Program-made: the position numbers and the translations under genes | In this document: positions 8,934 to 17,388 of the stretch, in pieces | Numbering within the stretch: position 1 is the first letter of the stretch | Layout: the number at the start of each line of letters is the position of its first letter | From: an uncultured delta proteobacterium | GTDB taxonomy: Bacteria; Desulfobacterota; Syntrophobacteria; Syntrophobacterales; Syntrophobacteraceae | Reading direction: 5' to 3' | Assembly (NCBI GenBank): GCA_963808625.1 | Contig: CAWEHK010000054.1 | Span: forward strand, 19,123-83,122 | DNA length: 64,000 nucleotides | The notes under the pieces: model-generated | Databases searched by the model: none | What the model was told of the DNA's origin: nothing | Seen by the model: only the letters and a program-made list of their open reading frames with translations

Positions 8934-9135
8934 GGCACGCCTTCTCGATCTGCTCGGCCAAACGCCGCGCTCCCAGGTCGCCTTCGACGCGCAAACTTCG
9001 GGTAATGGCGAGTGCGTCTTCGCACGTCGGATCAGGCACAGGCCGGCTGCTCCACAACGCGGACGCTCCGTAATCCTTGAAGGCGCGACGGTAGAGGGTC
9101 ACGATGTCCTCGGTCTGTTCGTTTTCTGTGTTCAT
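8920..9135 (-). CDS. Small ORF upstream of and overlapping abiEii (candidate cognate antitoxin)
   Basis: 71 aa, 14-nt overlap with the toxin gene. No HTH recognised by eye. Confidence 0.4.
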   Translation of the reverse strand: MNTENEQTEDIVTLYRRAFKDYGASALWSSRPVPDPTCEDALAITRSLRVEGDLGARRLAEQIEKACRAAV

Positions 9136-9147
9136 AGTACTTCCATA

Positions 9148-10725
9148 TTAACGTGTTGCGTCATTTTGTCCATTGCTCAGGAGGTCTCTGGTAATCTGGA
9201 CACCCGCTTTGTCTATTCCCAGCTCCGGCCAGCGGCGGGCAAGCTCGACCAGGATCCGGACGCCAAAACCGGTGGCGCCCTTGGGGGCGGCAAGGAGGTC
9301 TTTTTCCGTCCAGGCCGTGCCGGCGATGTCCAGGTGCACCCAGGGCACATCGTCAGGGACGAACTGTTTCAGAAAGATCCCGCCGACAATGGTCCCGGCC
9401 GACCGCTCGCCCACGTTCTTGAAGTCGGCGATATCGCTTTTAATATTCTCGAAATAAAGGTCCCACAAGGGGAGCGGCCACAGCTTTTCGCCGACCTGGG
9501 CACCGATATCCTGAATTTTCCGGACCAGGTCTTCATGGTTTCCCATCACTCCCGCCACCTGATTGCCAAGGGCCACGATGCAGGCCCCCGTCAGGGTGGC
9601 GAGATCGACGATTGCGGCCGGATGGGAGGTGAGCGCGTAGGTCAGGGCGTCACAGAGGATCATGCGCCCTTCGGCGTCGGTGCTGATGACTTCGATCGTC
9701 AGGTTGGCCATCGAGTTGATGACATCTCCCGGCTTGTAAGCCTTGCCGCCCGGCATGTTTTCCGTGCACGGGAGAATGCCGACGACGTGCCTCTGGACGT
9801 TGGCCCCACCCAGGATTTCGAAGGTGCCGAGGACGGCGGCGGCCCCGGCCATGTCCTGTTTCATCATCTCCAGTTTGGCGCTTGGCTTGAGCGAAATCCC
9901 TCCCGTATCGAAGGTGATTCCCTTCCCCACAAAGACCAGCGGCTTCTCCTGCTCCGTCCCGGCAGGAACGTGCTCCAGGACAATCACATAGGCCGGCTCC
10001 CGGCTCCCCTGGGCAACGGCCAGGAAGGCCCTCATCCCCATTTCCTCGGCGGCATTCGTGTCGATCACCCGGAGGTGGAAACCATGAGTCTCCGCCAGGG
10101 TGCGCGCCATGCTCACGATGAATCCCGGCGTCACCTGGTTGGCCGGGGCGGTAACCAGGTCGCGAGTCAAGATCACTCCCGAGACCACGGCATTGGCAAA
10201 GACACAGACCTGGCGCAACACATCGTCTGGCTCCTCCTCGGCCAGGAGCACGAGTTTTTCAGGGTAAGCGACAGCGTCAACATCTCTCGTCTTCAGGGCA
10301 TCGAAACGATACAGCCCGAGCGCTCCGGCAATAAGGACCTCTTCCAGCGGCGTTGCGGTCTCACAGGGCAGCCCGTCGAAAGCGGAGAGAGGAAGGGCAG
10401 CCGTGGTGAGCTTCAATTCGCGACATTTCCTCAGCCCCACAACGGCCGCCCCGCGCAGTTTGTCCATATCGAATTTTTCTGCCGGCCCCAGTCCCACCTG
10501 AACCACCCTGGAGATCCTGGCGTCGGCTGGTCCGTAGTGCACTGTAACGTCCTGGAATTTGCTGCGGAAATCGTTGAATGCGAGGGAGCCGGAAAGCCAT
10601 CCGCCGCTTTGTTCCAGCCAACGTTTAAAACCGGGGAGGAGTTCGGGGGACTCCTCAAAGCTGAAAAAGAGCACGGCATCAGCCTGCCAATCTGAGACAG
10701 GGGCGATTTGCCAGTCGACTTTCAT
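9148..10725 (-). CDS. pepA: Leucyl aminopeptidase, M17 family
   Basis: VGKGITFDTGGISLKP and NTDAEGR-type motif (VISTDAEGRMILCDAL). Start moved to the Met preceded by AAGGAGG (ATG 10725); the ORF is open to 10767. Confidence 0.9.
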   Translation of the reverse strand: MKVDWQIAPVSDWQADAVLFFSFEESPELLPGFKRWLEQSGGWLSGSLAFNDFRSKFQDVTVHYGPADARISRVVQVGLGPAEKFDMDKLRGAAVVGLRKCRELKLTTAALPLSAFDGLPCETATPLEEVLIAGALGLYRFDALKTRDVDAVAYPEKLVLLAEEEPDDVLRQVCVFANAVVSGVILTRDLVTAPANQVTPGFIVSMARTLAETHGFHLRVIDTNAAEEMGMRAFLAVAQGSREPAYVIVLEHVPAGTEQEKPLVFVGKGITFDTGGISLKPSAKLEMMKQDMAGAAAVLGTFEILGGANVQRHVVGILPCTENMPGGKAYKPGDVINSMANLTIEVISTDAEGRMILCDALTYALTSHPAAIVDLATLTGACIVALGNQVAGVMGNHEDLVRKIQDIGAQVGEKLWPLPLWDLYFENIKSDIADFKNVGERSAGTIVGGIFLKQFVPDDVPWVHLDIAGTAWTEKDLLAAPKGATGFGVRILVELARRWPELGIDKAGVQITRDLLSNGQNDATR

Positions 10726-10763
10726 AGGTCCCTCCTTGGGATGGATACTGAAAATATTATCTT

Positions 10764-10850
10764 TCACCGCAGAGACGCAGACGACGCAGAGGACACAGAG
10801 ACTTCCTCCTGAAGCTCTTTCTCTGCGCTCTCTGCGTCTCTGCGGTGAGA
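10764..10850. repeat. Intergenic palindromic element (TCACCGCAGAGACGCAGA ... TCTGCGTCTCTGCGGTGA)
   Basis: The two arms are reverse complements, read directly. Lies between pepA and the ThiF-like gene. Confidence 0.7.
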
Positions 10851-10861
10851 ATTTTCTTCCC

Positions 10862-11785
10862 TCAAAGCGGCATGAGTTCCATCACCCCGCTCTCCCCATC
10901 GAAAAAGAGGAGGCGCTCGGCATACGCAGGGTTCCTTCCTGCCAGCAGGCGAATGGCCTCAAAGGCCTGGAGACTCGCGATGACCGAAGGCGCCGGCCCC
11001 AGCACACCCATGGCGATTTCGGTTGGATCGCGAGACTTTCTCGTGCCGTAAATGGCTGACAAGTCGTGACGTGACCCCGGCATGAAGGTGCTGATCTGCC
11101 CCCACCAGCCGGTGGCGGCGGCATGAATGAAGGGAATTTCAAGACGGCGGGAAACTGCTGCGAGCAGAAATCGTGTGGGGAGATTATCCAGGGCGTCCAG
11201 GACCAAATCCATTCCGCGGAGCAAGTCGTCAGCGTTGCTCTCGACGAGGATTTCGGGGAAGGCCTCAACCTCGAGCAAAGGATTGATGGCACGGACCTGC
11301 TCCTCGGCGACGCGGGCTTTCGGCTGTGAGAGGTGCCGGGTATCACAGAGCCACTGCCGGTTCAAATTTGAGGGAGCGAAGGCATCGCCATCCACCAGCC
11401 GCAGCAGCCCGACGCCGACCCGGGCCAGCAGATTGACCAGGACCCCACCCAGGCCGCCGCAGCCGCAGATCAGGACGCTGCTTCGGCAAATGCGGGTTTG
11501 CTCGGCGAGGGTTAAGGCATCGAAATTCTTTACATACCGTAAGGGGACAATGCCGGCCTCCAAGGCGTCGATCTGTGCAGCTCGGGGATTGATGCCGTTT
11601 TCAAGAGACCATTCCAGGAGCTCCCGGTCCTCTATCACCAGCCGGGACAGGCCGTCTTCTTCCGTGCGATAAGCCCTGTCGATAAGCTTCAATGTGCCCT
11701 CGTCAAACCTTGGATGTGTCTTGCAGCATGAGCAAACAACCCAACCATAATGGCCTGACGCCGTAAGCTTTGAATCATTGCGCAA
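10862..11785 (-). CDS. ThiF/HesA/MoeB-family E1-like adenylyltransferase with an atypical ~90-aa N-terminal extension
   Basis: ICGCGGLGGVLVNLLARVGVG (Rossmann GxGxxG), ...DGDAFAPSNLNRQ... The only in-frame start is TTG at 11785, so the start is uncertain. Confidence 0.7.
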   Translation of the reverse strand: MRNDSKLTASGHYGWVVCSCCKTHPRFDEGTLKLIDRAYRTEEDGLSRLVIEDRELLEWSLENGINPRAAQIDALEAGIVPLRYVKNFDALTLAEQTRICRSSVLICGCGGLGGVLVNLLARVGVGLLRLVDGDAFAPSNLNRQWLCDTRHLSQPKARVAEEQVRAINPLLEVEAFPEILVESNADDLLRGMDLVLDALDNLPTRFLLAAVSRRLEIPFIHAAATGWWGQISTFMPGSRHDLSAIYGTRKSRDPTEIAMGVLGPAPSVIASLQAFEAIRLLAGRNPAYAERLLFFDGESGVMELMPL

Positions 11786-11899
11786 GCCGGGATATCTTTC
11801 AGAGGGGAATGACCGGAAACAACCCCCGTTTTTACTGTTATCATGGATTTAGATTTATTTTCAATAGCATCACGAAACCTCCGGCACTCAACACTCAAC

Positions 11900-11962
11900 A
11901 CTGAGTAAATTCGTCTCACTCAAACTCAGCCATTTCTGGATTGCTGTAACGTTTTGTTGCAG
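11900..11962 (+). promoter_or_regulatory. Bipartite upstream motif ACTGAGTAAATTCGT-N38-TTTGTTGCAG (copy 1)
   Basis: The same two words recur with the same 38-nt gap at 31656..31718. Both copies lie ~147 nt upstream of a -24/-12-type element. Confidence 0.5.
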
Positions 11963-12046
11963 TCGCAAGAAGCCCCTTTTCCCAAGCAACAGAGATTTAA
12001 TAAGAATATCAACCCACTCATCAATCCAAAGGTTGGCACTTTGTCT

Positions 12047-12062
12047 TGGCACAACTATTGCC
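12047..12062 (+). promoter_or_regulatory. Sigma-54 (-24/-12) promoter
   Basis: TGGCAC-AACTA-TTGCC matches the TGGCAC-N5-TTGC consensus with correct spacing. Lies 74 nt upstream of the ATG at 12136. Confidence 0.7.
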
Positions 12063-12135
12063 TTTATGGTCAAACCGGCCTTGTCCATTCCAGGTCAAGG
12101 CTTCCCTTCCCCATAACCCAAAAGGAGATAGTGGT

Positions 12136-12789
12136 ATGAGATGCTTTCGCGTATGTGTTGCAATGGTTAATTTGGTTGCTTTCCTCGCAGGATGCACCGC
12201 TCAAAGGCTGCCTGATTATTCGCCTCGGTCTGCGCAACAGTATCCCCACAAGGAGACCCAAAATGACTTGACGGTGGCGATTCATCCGATGACGCAAGAG
12301 AGCGAGGTTGAGCAGTATTTTGGGACGAACCTGTTAGCGGACGACATCCTTCCCGTTGTCATCGTGGTCGAGAATCGAAACCCGGAGCTGCACTTTGTCA
12401 TTCGAAAGGAGGAGATCAAGCTGGTAAACCAGAGTGCTCAGCGTTTTGACCGGTCGAGCAATCCTGAAACCGTCGGCTCCACGACTTCCGAGAAAACAGC
12501 TGGAGCTCTTGCTGGTGCGGGTCTCCTCATATTTCCGGTCCTTGGGTTTGTGGCCGTTGGAATGACTGGAAAGGTCTCCAGCGACGCGGAAGTGAGAAGG
12601 AATTTTGCCATGAAAGAGTTCCAGCAGACAACGATCTCGCCTGGGGACTCCAAGTCCGGTTTCGTCTATTTCCAACTGCCCAAACCGGCAGACAGTCCTG
12701 CACAATGGCGGTTTCAAATTCAGGCTATAGACGTGAAGAATAAAAGTTCGCTTCCGTTTATCTACGATTTTGATTGGAAGAGGAGGTAA
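12136..12789 (+). CDS. Lipoprotein A, uncharacterised
   Basis: AAAGGAGA 7 nt before the ATG. MRCFRVCVAMVNLVAFLAGC is a signal peptide with a lipobox. A hydrophobic stretch (AGALAGAGLLIFPVLGFVAVGM) occurs mid-protein. Confidence 0.7.
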   Translation: MRCFRVCVAMVNLVAFLAGCTAQRLPDYSPRSAQQYPHKETQNDLTVAIHPMTQESEVEQYFGTNLLADDILPVVIVVENRNPELHFVIRKEEIKLVNQSAQRFDRSSNPETVGSTTSEKTAGALAGAGLLIFPVLGFVAVGMTGKVSSDAEVRRNFAMKEFQQTTISPGDSKSGFVYFQLPKPADSPAQWRFQIQAIDVKNKSSLPFIYDFDWKRR

Positions 12790-12791
12790 TA

Positions 12792-13403
12792 ATGACAGCC
12801 CGACCGAAGGTATGGAATATTTCATTGATGATGGTGGCCATTGGCCTTCTTGCTATGGGTTGTACTACTATTTATGACGTACCCAAGCAACCCGTCGTGT
12901 TTCCCGCAGCCGACAAGGTAAATATGATCGTTGAGCTTCGCCTTACTGACGCACTCTGCAACGCGACATGGGTAAAACACCATTTGGGTGATACTTTTAT
13001 TTTGCCAATTGGAGGGCCGTTATGCATGAACTCCGAGGCAGTCGCCCGTTCCGTCTTCACCGATGTAATCGTCACTAAAGATGCTACTACCTCCGGCACG
13101 ACCGGTGCTGATGCCGTCCTCACACCAAGCCTCGCCGCAATCGAACGCGATCGGCCAGTTACGGGTTTTACAGATCAGACCACCTCCATTTTGTTCAATT
13201 GGTCACTCAACGACCCCAATGGCCTGCCGATCTGGGTGACGTCGATTTCCGGAGACGGGAAAGGCCCAATGCACAATCTCGGCTCTACGGATGCGGCATA
13301 CGAGCAGACCGAGAAGGTGCTTCAGGATGTATTCCGAAAATCATACCGTGAGATGACGAGTGCTCCCTCGATCCGTGAGTTTGCAGCCACTCTGCACAAA
13401 TGA
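12792..13403 (+). CDS. Lipoprotein B1, uncharacterised
   Basis: AGGAGG 5 nt before the ATG. MTARPKVWNISLMMVAIGLLAMGC carries a lipobox. Paralogue of 13768..14379. Confidence 0.7.
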   Translation: MTARPKVWNISLMMVAIGLLAMGCTTIYDVPKQPVVFPAADKVNMIVELRLTDALCNATWVKHHLGDTFILPIGGPLCMNSEAVARSVFTDVIVTKDATTSGTTGADAVLTPSLAAIERDRPVTGFTDQTTSILFNWSLNDPNGLPIWVTSISGDGKGPMHNLGSTDAAYEQTEKVLQDVFRKSYREMTSAPSIREFAATLHK

Positions 13404-13569
13404 AAATCATGCGTAGTGGTCGGCTCTCGCTTTGACACGGGAATGACTTCCAAAGCATCTCCCATGCTCACGCGTGCGCCGCCTCAACGCGTGTCTCGGG
13501 GGGCGTCGTAGGGGGAGAGTATGGGATTCGTCGATCTCTTCAGGCGTGGTGCCAAAAGTGGCGCGAGTA

Positions 13570-13749
13570 GAGAAACTGAATAACAGTGAAAGAGTTCCAG
13601 CAGACAACGATCTTGCCTGGAGAATCCAAATCCTGGTTCGTGTATTTTCAACTCTCCACGATGGCAGACAGCCCTTCACAATGGCGGTTCGAGATTTAGG
13701 CTGTAGACCTGAAAAATAGAAACTCACTTACGTCTACCAACGTCTTTGA
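13570..13749 (+). pseudogene. Degenerate duplicate of the 3' end of lipoprotein A
   Basis: Aligns with 12595..12791 (..GAAAGAGTTCCAGCAGACAACGATCT..CACAATGGCGGTT..TTGATTGGAA..) but contains an in-frame TAG and indels. Confidence 0.7.
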
Positions 13750-13767
13750 TTGGAAAAGGAGCTGATC

Positions 13768-14379
13768 ATGACAGTCCAACCAAAAGTATGGAATATTTCA
13801 CTCATGATGGTGGCTATAGGCTTTCTTGCCATGGGTTGTACTCATATTTATGATGTACCCAAGCAACCCGTTGTGTTTCCCGCAGCCGACAAGGTTAATA
13901 TGACCGTCGAGCTTCGCCTCACTGACGCCCTCTGCAACGCGACGTGGGAAAAACGGGGAATGAGTGACACCTTTATTTTGCCCATTGGAACCCCACTGTG
14001 CATGAATTCGGAGGCCGTCGCCCGTTCTGTGTTCACTGATGTCATAGTCACGAAAGATACGGCTGCCTCCCGCACGACCAATGCCGATGCTTTGCTCATA
14101 CCAAGCTTCGTGGCCCTCGAACGCGACCGGCCGGCGACACTTGGCTCACTTCAGACTACTTCGATCCTATTCAATTGGTCGCTCAACGACCCCAATGGCC
14201 TGCCGATCTGGGTGACAACAATTTCTGGAGACGGGAAAGGCCCCATGCGCCATCCCATGTTTAAGGATGCGGCTTACGAACAAACTGAGAAAGCACTGCA
14301 GGATGTATTTCAAAAATCATTCCGTGAGATGACGAGTTCTCCTTTAATCCGTGAGTTTGCAGCTAATCTGCACAAATGA
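13768..14379 (+). CDS. Lipoprotein B2, uncharacterised (paralogue of B1)
   Basis: MTVQPKVWNISLMMVAIGFLAMGC carries a lipobox. Roughly four fifths of residues are identical to B1 by eye. Confidence 0.7.
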   Translation: MTVQPKVWNISLMMVAIGFLAMGCTHIYDVPKQPVVFPAADKVNMTVELRLTDALCNATWEKRGMSDTFILPIGTPLCMNSEAVARSVFTDVIVTKDTAASRTTNADALLIPSFVALERDRPATLGSLQTTSILFNWSLNDPNGLPIWVTTISGDGKGPMRHPMFKDAAYEQTEKALQDVFQKSFREMTSSPLIREFAANLHK

Positions 14380-14482
14380 AAACTATCCTTAAATGGTAAG
14401 GGGTATGAGTGTGAGTGGAACCGATGGTGGCTGCGACTCTTTCGGAATGACGACGGAAAGGGGGGATGCTGTCGAGCATTTT

Positions 14483-14636
14483 TGTCATTAACTAGACAGT
14501 GGTAAGTTCTCCAGAAATCCTAAGGTCTCATCTGCTAAGTGCTTGAAATTCCTCATTTGGACAATTTGAGATGTCATTCCATGGACCTAACAATTTCAGC
14601 AACTTACGAGAACTTACCACTGTCCAGTCATTAACA
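14483..14636. repeat. MITE-like inverted repeat pair
   Basis: TGTCATTAACTAGACAGTGGTAAGTTCTC (14483..14511) against GAGAACTTACCACTGTCCAGTCATTAACA (14608..14636). 17 bp are perfect, with flanking partial matches and a ~96-bp centre. Confidence 0.45.
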
Positions 14637-14943
14637 TCAATAGAATGAACTTTGGGCACAAGTCATGAGACTGTATGGGAAGAATCTCTGGGGATGTGAC
14701 GGTCACACGCCGTCCACAGCGCGGCATAGCCGCAACCAAAATTGGGTCGGAATTTCAACGACACCAATAGGTTCCAAAGAAAATCTTGTCAAGAAAACAA
14801 GAAACTCAGGATTAGTATCACAGAGGGCAAGAATACTAATGGAATCAATCATCACCTACCGGTGTCGCTTGCGGGTGAGGGCGGCCTGAGAATAATTGGG
14901 CATCGTTCTAAACGAGGCACACCTTGTCGAAAAGGAGTTAGTC

Positions 14944-16136
14944 ATGAGAAGAAGTATCATTTTAGTCTTAGTCTTTGTTGCCGTTATCTTCGGGTGGAAC
15001 TCGTCCGCCAAAGCAGATAGTACACTTACTATTAGCTTCGACGAACTTCCTGTTGGCGGTCTTAGATTTGTGCCAGCTGATTCCTATATGTCTCTCGGCG
15101 TCGTCTTCAGCCGAGATATTCCAATTTACAGTGTCGCAGCCGTAGAACCGGATTGGTGGGTCCAGAAATTCCAGGCCGGTGGAGGTACACTGCCGAACGT
15201 GATGGGCTTAAGCCCAAATGTTGATACAGGAGGGCGTACAATTGACATGGTCTTTGTAGTACCGGGAACAAACATACCGACGACTACCGATTTCATCAGT
15301 GCTTTGTTTGCCGATACAGAGGTTGGATCGACCATTGGTCTTTTTGAAGCTTTCGATATCAATGGAAACCTGATTGGCTGGCCGGTCCCACCACGCCGGA
15401 TTCTTCTACTTTAACCCTCCAATTCAATATGCCTGGAATAGCATGGGTGCGCTTTTCCGATATTGACGACGGGTTCGAAGTTGATAATATCTCTTTCAAA
15501 AAACCAAACAAGCCCCCCGTCATCAAGTCCTTCAAAGCAGTTCCAAAATCTGGCGCACCACCCTTGGCTGTAACTTTAGTGCGTTGCCAAAGATCAGGAC
15601 GGGACGATAGCGGAATACCGATGGGATTTTGGAGATAATCAGGACCGCTACCACGACAGCGGGCACCACGTCGCACACTTACAGGGAGAGGGCACATTCA
15701 TAGCGAAAGTCACGGTGGTTGACAACGATGGTGGTAAAACCACCTCAAGGATATTCCCATAAGAGTCGTTCTACGGCGCCGGACCTGACAGGGAAGATCG
15801 AGCTGTTTAACTTTGACGAAGTGAACCACAAAGTGAAAATTAAGTTGCGGGTCTCCAATAGTGGAGACTTGCCGGCGAAACCTTTCGATGTTTCCTTTCC
15901 ATCTGTCCGATGATGGCACAACGCCATTGGACCCTGTATTCAAGGTGATCAGAGCCAAAAATGGATTGAAGGCAGGAGCAAGTATTGCTCCCCAAGTTGA
16001 TGTGAAGTTCCATGATTCGATTTACGGGAAATATATTTTGATCTTCATTGACTCAGAGAAACCCGAGAAGTCTACAGAGATCGACGAAACAAACAACGGG
16101 ATAAGGCTGGTTATTCAACCCATGGTGACACACTGA
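14944..16136 (+). pseudogene. Secreted PKD/CARDB-type protein, multiply frameshifted paralogue of 32028..33758
   Basis: Signal peptide MRRSIILVLVFVAVIFGWNSSAKA. PKD-like pieces (PVIKSFKAVPKSGAPPLAVT, KDQDGTIAEYRWDFGDN, GTFIAKVTVVDNDGGKTTS) and the C-terminus (VSNSGDLPAKPFDVSFHLSDDGTTPL...SIYGKYILIFID...TNNGIRLVIQPM) sit in different frames, with at least 4 breaks. Confidence 0.7.
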
Positions 16137-16453
16137 TCGCGATGGGCAGCGTATTGTGCCCAAGTTGAATTAGCATCTCTTATCGAATATCAGCAACTTA
16201 GAGGGCGGGGTCATGCAGGGGGGCTCTGCCTTCTTTCTTCCTAAGATTCCACAATCTAATTTTTCAAATTGCTTAAGCACTTAACTCAGCTGACCAGAAC
16301 AGATGAGCACGACCACCGAAAGGTAGGAGAAGACATTCTTGACGTTGTGTGCTATCCTTAAATCATTATGAAAAACGGGTTGAGGGTGCAACGGCCATAT
16401 CCCGGAACGATTTCTCAGTTATGAGGCCAAGAACCAACCAGGGAGCAGAGACA

Positions 16454-16756
16454 ATGCTGGGTGTCGAGTTTCACAAGAGCACAAAGAAAATGCTGGAAGA
16501 GCCATTCCTGGAAGGCGTCACTCTCGATGAGAAGATCCGGCTGCTCCTTAAATCGGAATATTTGCGACGAATGGCCCGTTACCGCCACGTAGAACACCTG
16601 ATGGTGAGCAAGTACGGTATGTCATTCGACCAGTTTGTGGCCCGTCGCATGGTTAGGGAGAAAGGGTTTTCCTGGGATGTGGAATCCGATGCAATGGACT
16701 GGGAGACCGCCATCAGCGGGATGAAGACCATGGAACGGAAACTCTCGGAACTGTAA
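16454..16756 (+). CDS. Hypothetical protein (100 aa from the internal Met)
   Basis: ORF 16349..16756. A GGAG lies before the ATG at 16454. No motif recognised. Confidence 0.4.
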   Translation: MLGVEFHKSTKKMLEEPFLEGVTLDEKIRLLLKSEYLRRMARYRHVEHLMVSKYGMSFDQFVARRMVREKGFSWDVESDAMDWETAISGMKTMERKLSEL

Positions 16757-16868
16757 CAGGTCCAGGACGTATACGACATGCGACCTCCGTGCTGAGGCTC
16801 AGGAAGCCACGGTGCAGAGCTGGTTCGTACATGATGTGCCTAGAGCGAATCGTCCCGAGGTCCAGGCA

Positions 16869-17035
16869 CTATTTTACCGGAAGCTTCACGACAAACGCTG
16901 TGCCCTTCCCCGCTTCGCTCTCGCAGGTGATGGTCACATGAAGAGTATCCCCAATGGGCTTTCAACCCAGAATTTGATTCCCTCCTTCATGAATGGATTC
17001 ATTTTTCGATCAATGTCTTCAGCAATGATATGATA
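16869..17035 (-). pseudogene. Remnant of a histidine-kinase 3' end (HATPase_c tail)
   Basis: Translates to ..LHVTITCESEAGKGTAFVVKLPVK*, preceded by out-of-frame ..IHEGGNQI.. and ..LLKTLIEK.. pieces. The first ~65 nt resemble the 3' end of the kinase at 17832. Confidence 0.55.
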
Positions 17036-17097
17036 AGATAAATGGCAGTGGCGGAAGGTATTCCTGGAACCATTGCAGCTCAAGGATCAACAGCCGA

Positions 17098-17388
17098 ATG
17101 ACAATCGCGGAGATTTTGAAGACCAAGCGGGAAGAAATTCTGCGACTGGCAGCGAAATATGGGGCGCGCAATGTGCGCCTGTTCGGGTCGGTTGCGCGGG
17201 GAGAAGCCGGTCCTGGGAGTGATGTGGATTTTCTGGTGGAGATCGATCCAGGACGCAGTCTTATGGACCATGTCAGCCTCCTTCAGGATCTCGAGGATGT
17301 CCTTGGCTGCACGGTGGACGTAGTGAATGAGAAGGCCCTGCACCAACATATCCGCGACCGCGTTCGACAGGAGGCGGTTCCACTGTGA
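17098..17388 (+). CDS. mntA: MNT-type nucleotidyltransferase antitoxin (type VII TA)
   Basis: LFGSVARGEAGPGSDVDFLVE is the GSxxRG...DxD signature. 96 aa, with a 4-nt overlap with the next gene. Confidence 0.85.
   Translation: MTIAEILKTKREEILRLAAKYGARNVRLFGSVARGEAGPGSDVDFLVEIDPGRSLMDHVSLLQDLEDVLGCTVDVVNEKALHQHIRDRVRQEAVPL

Noticed and set aside
9166-10695. 509-aa ORF on the plus strand
   Set aside because: It is antisense to pepA, which carries unmistakable M17 aminopeptidase motifs. No motifs of its own were seen.
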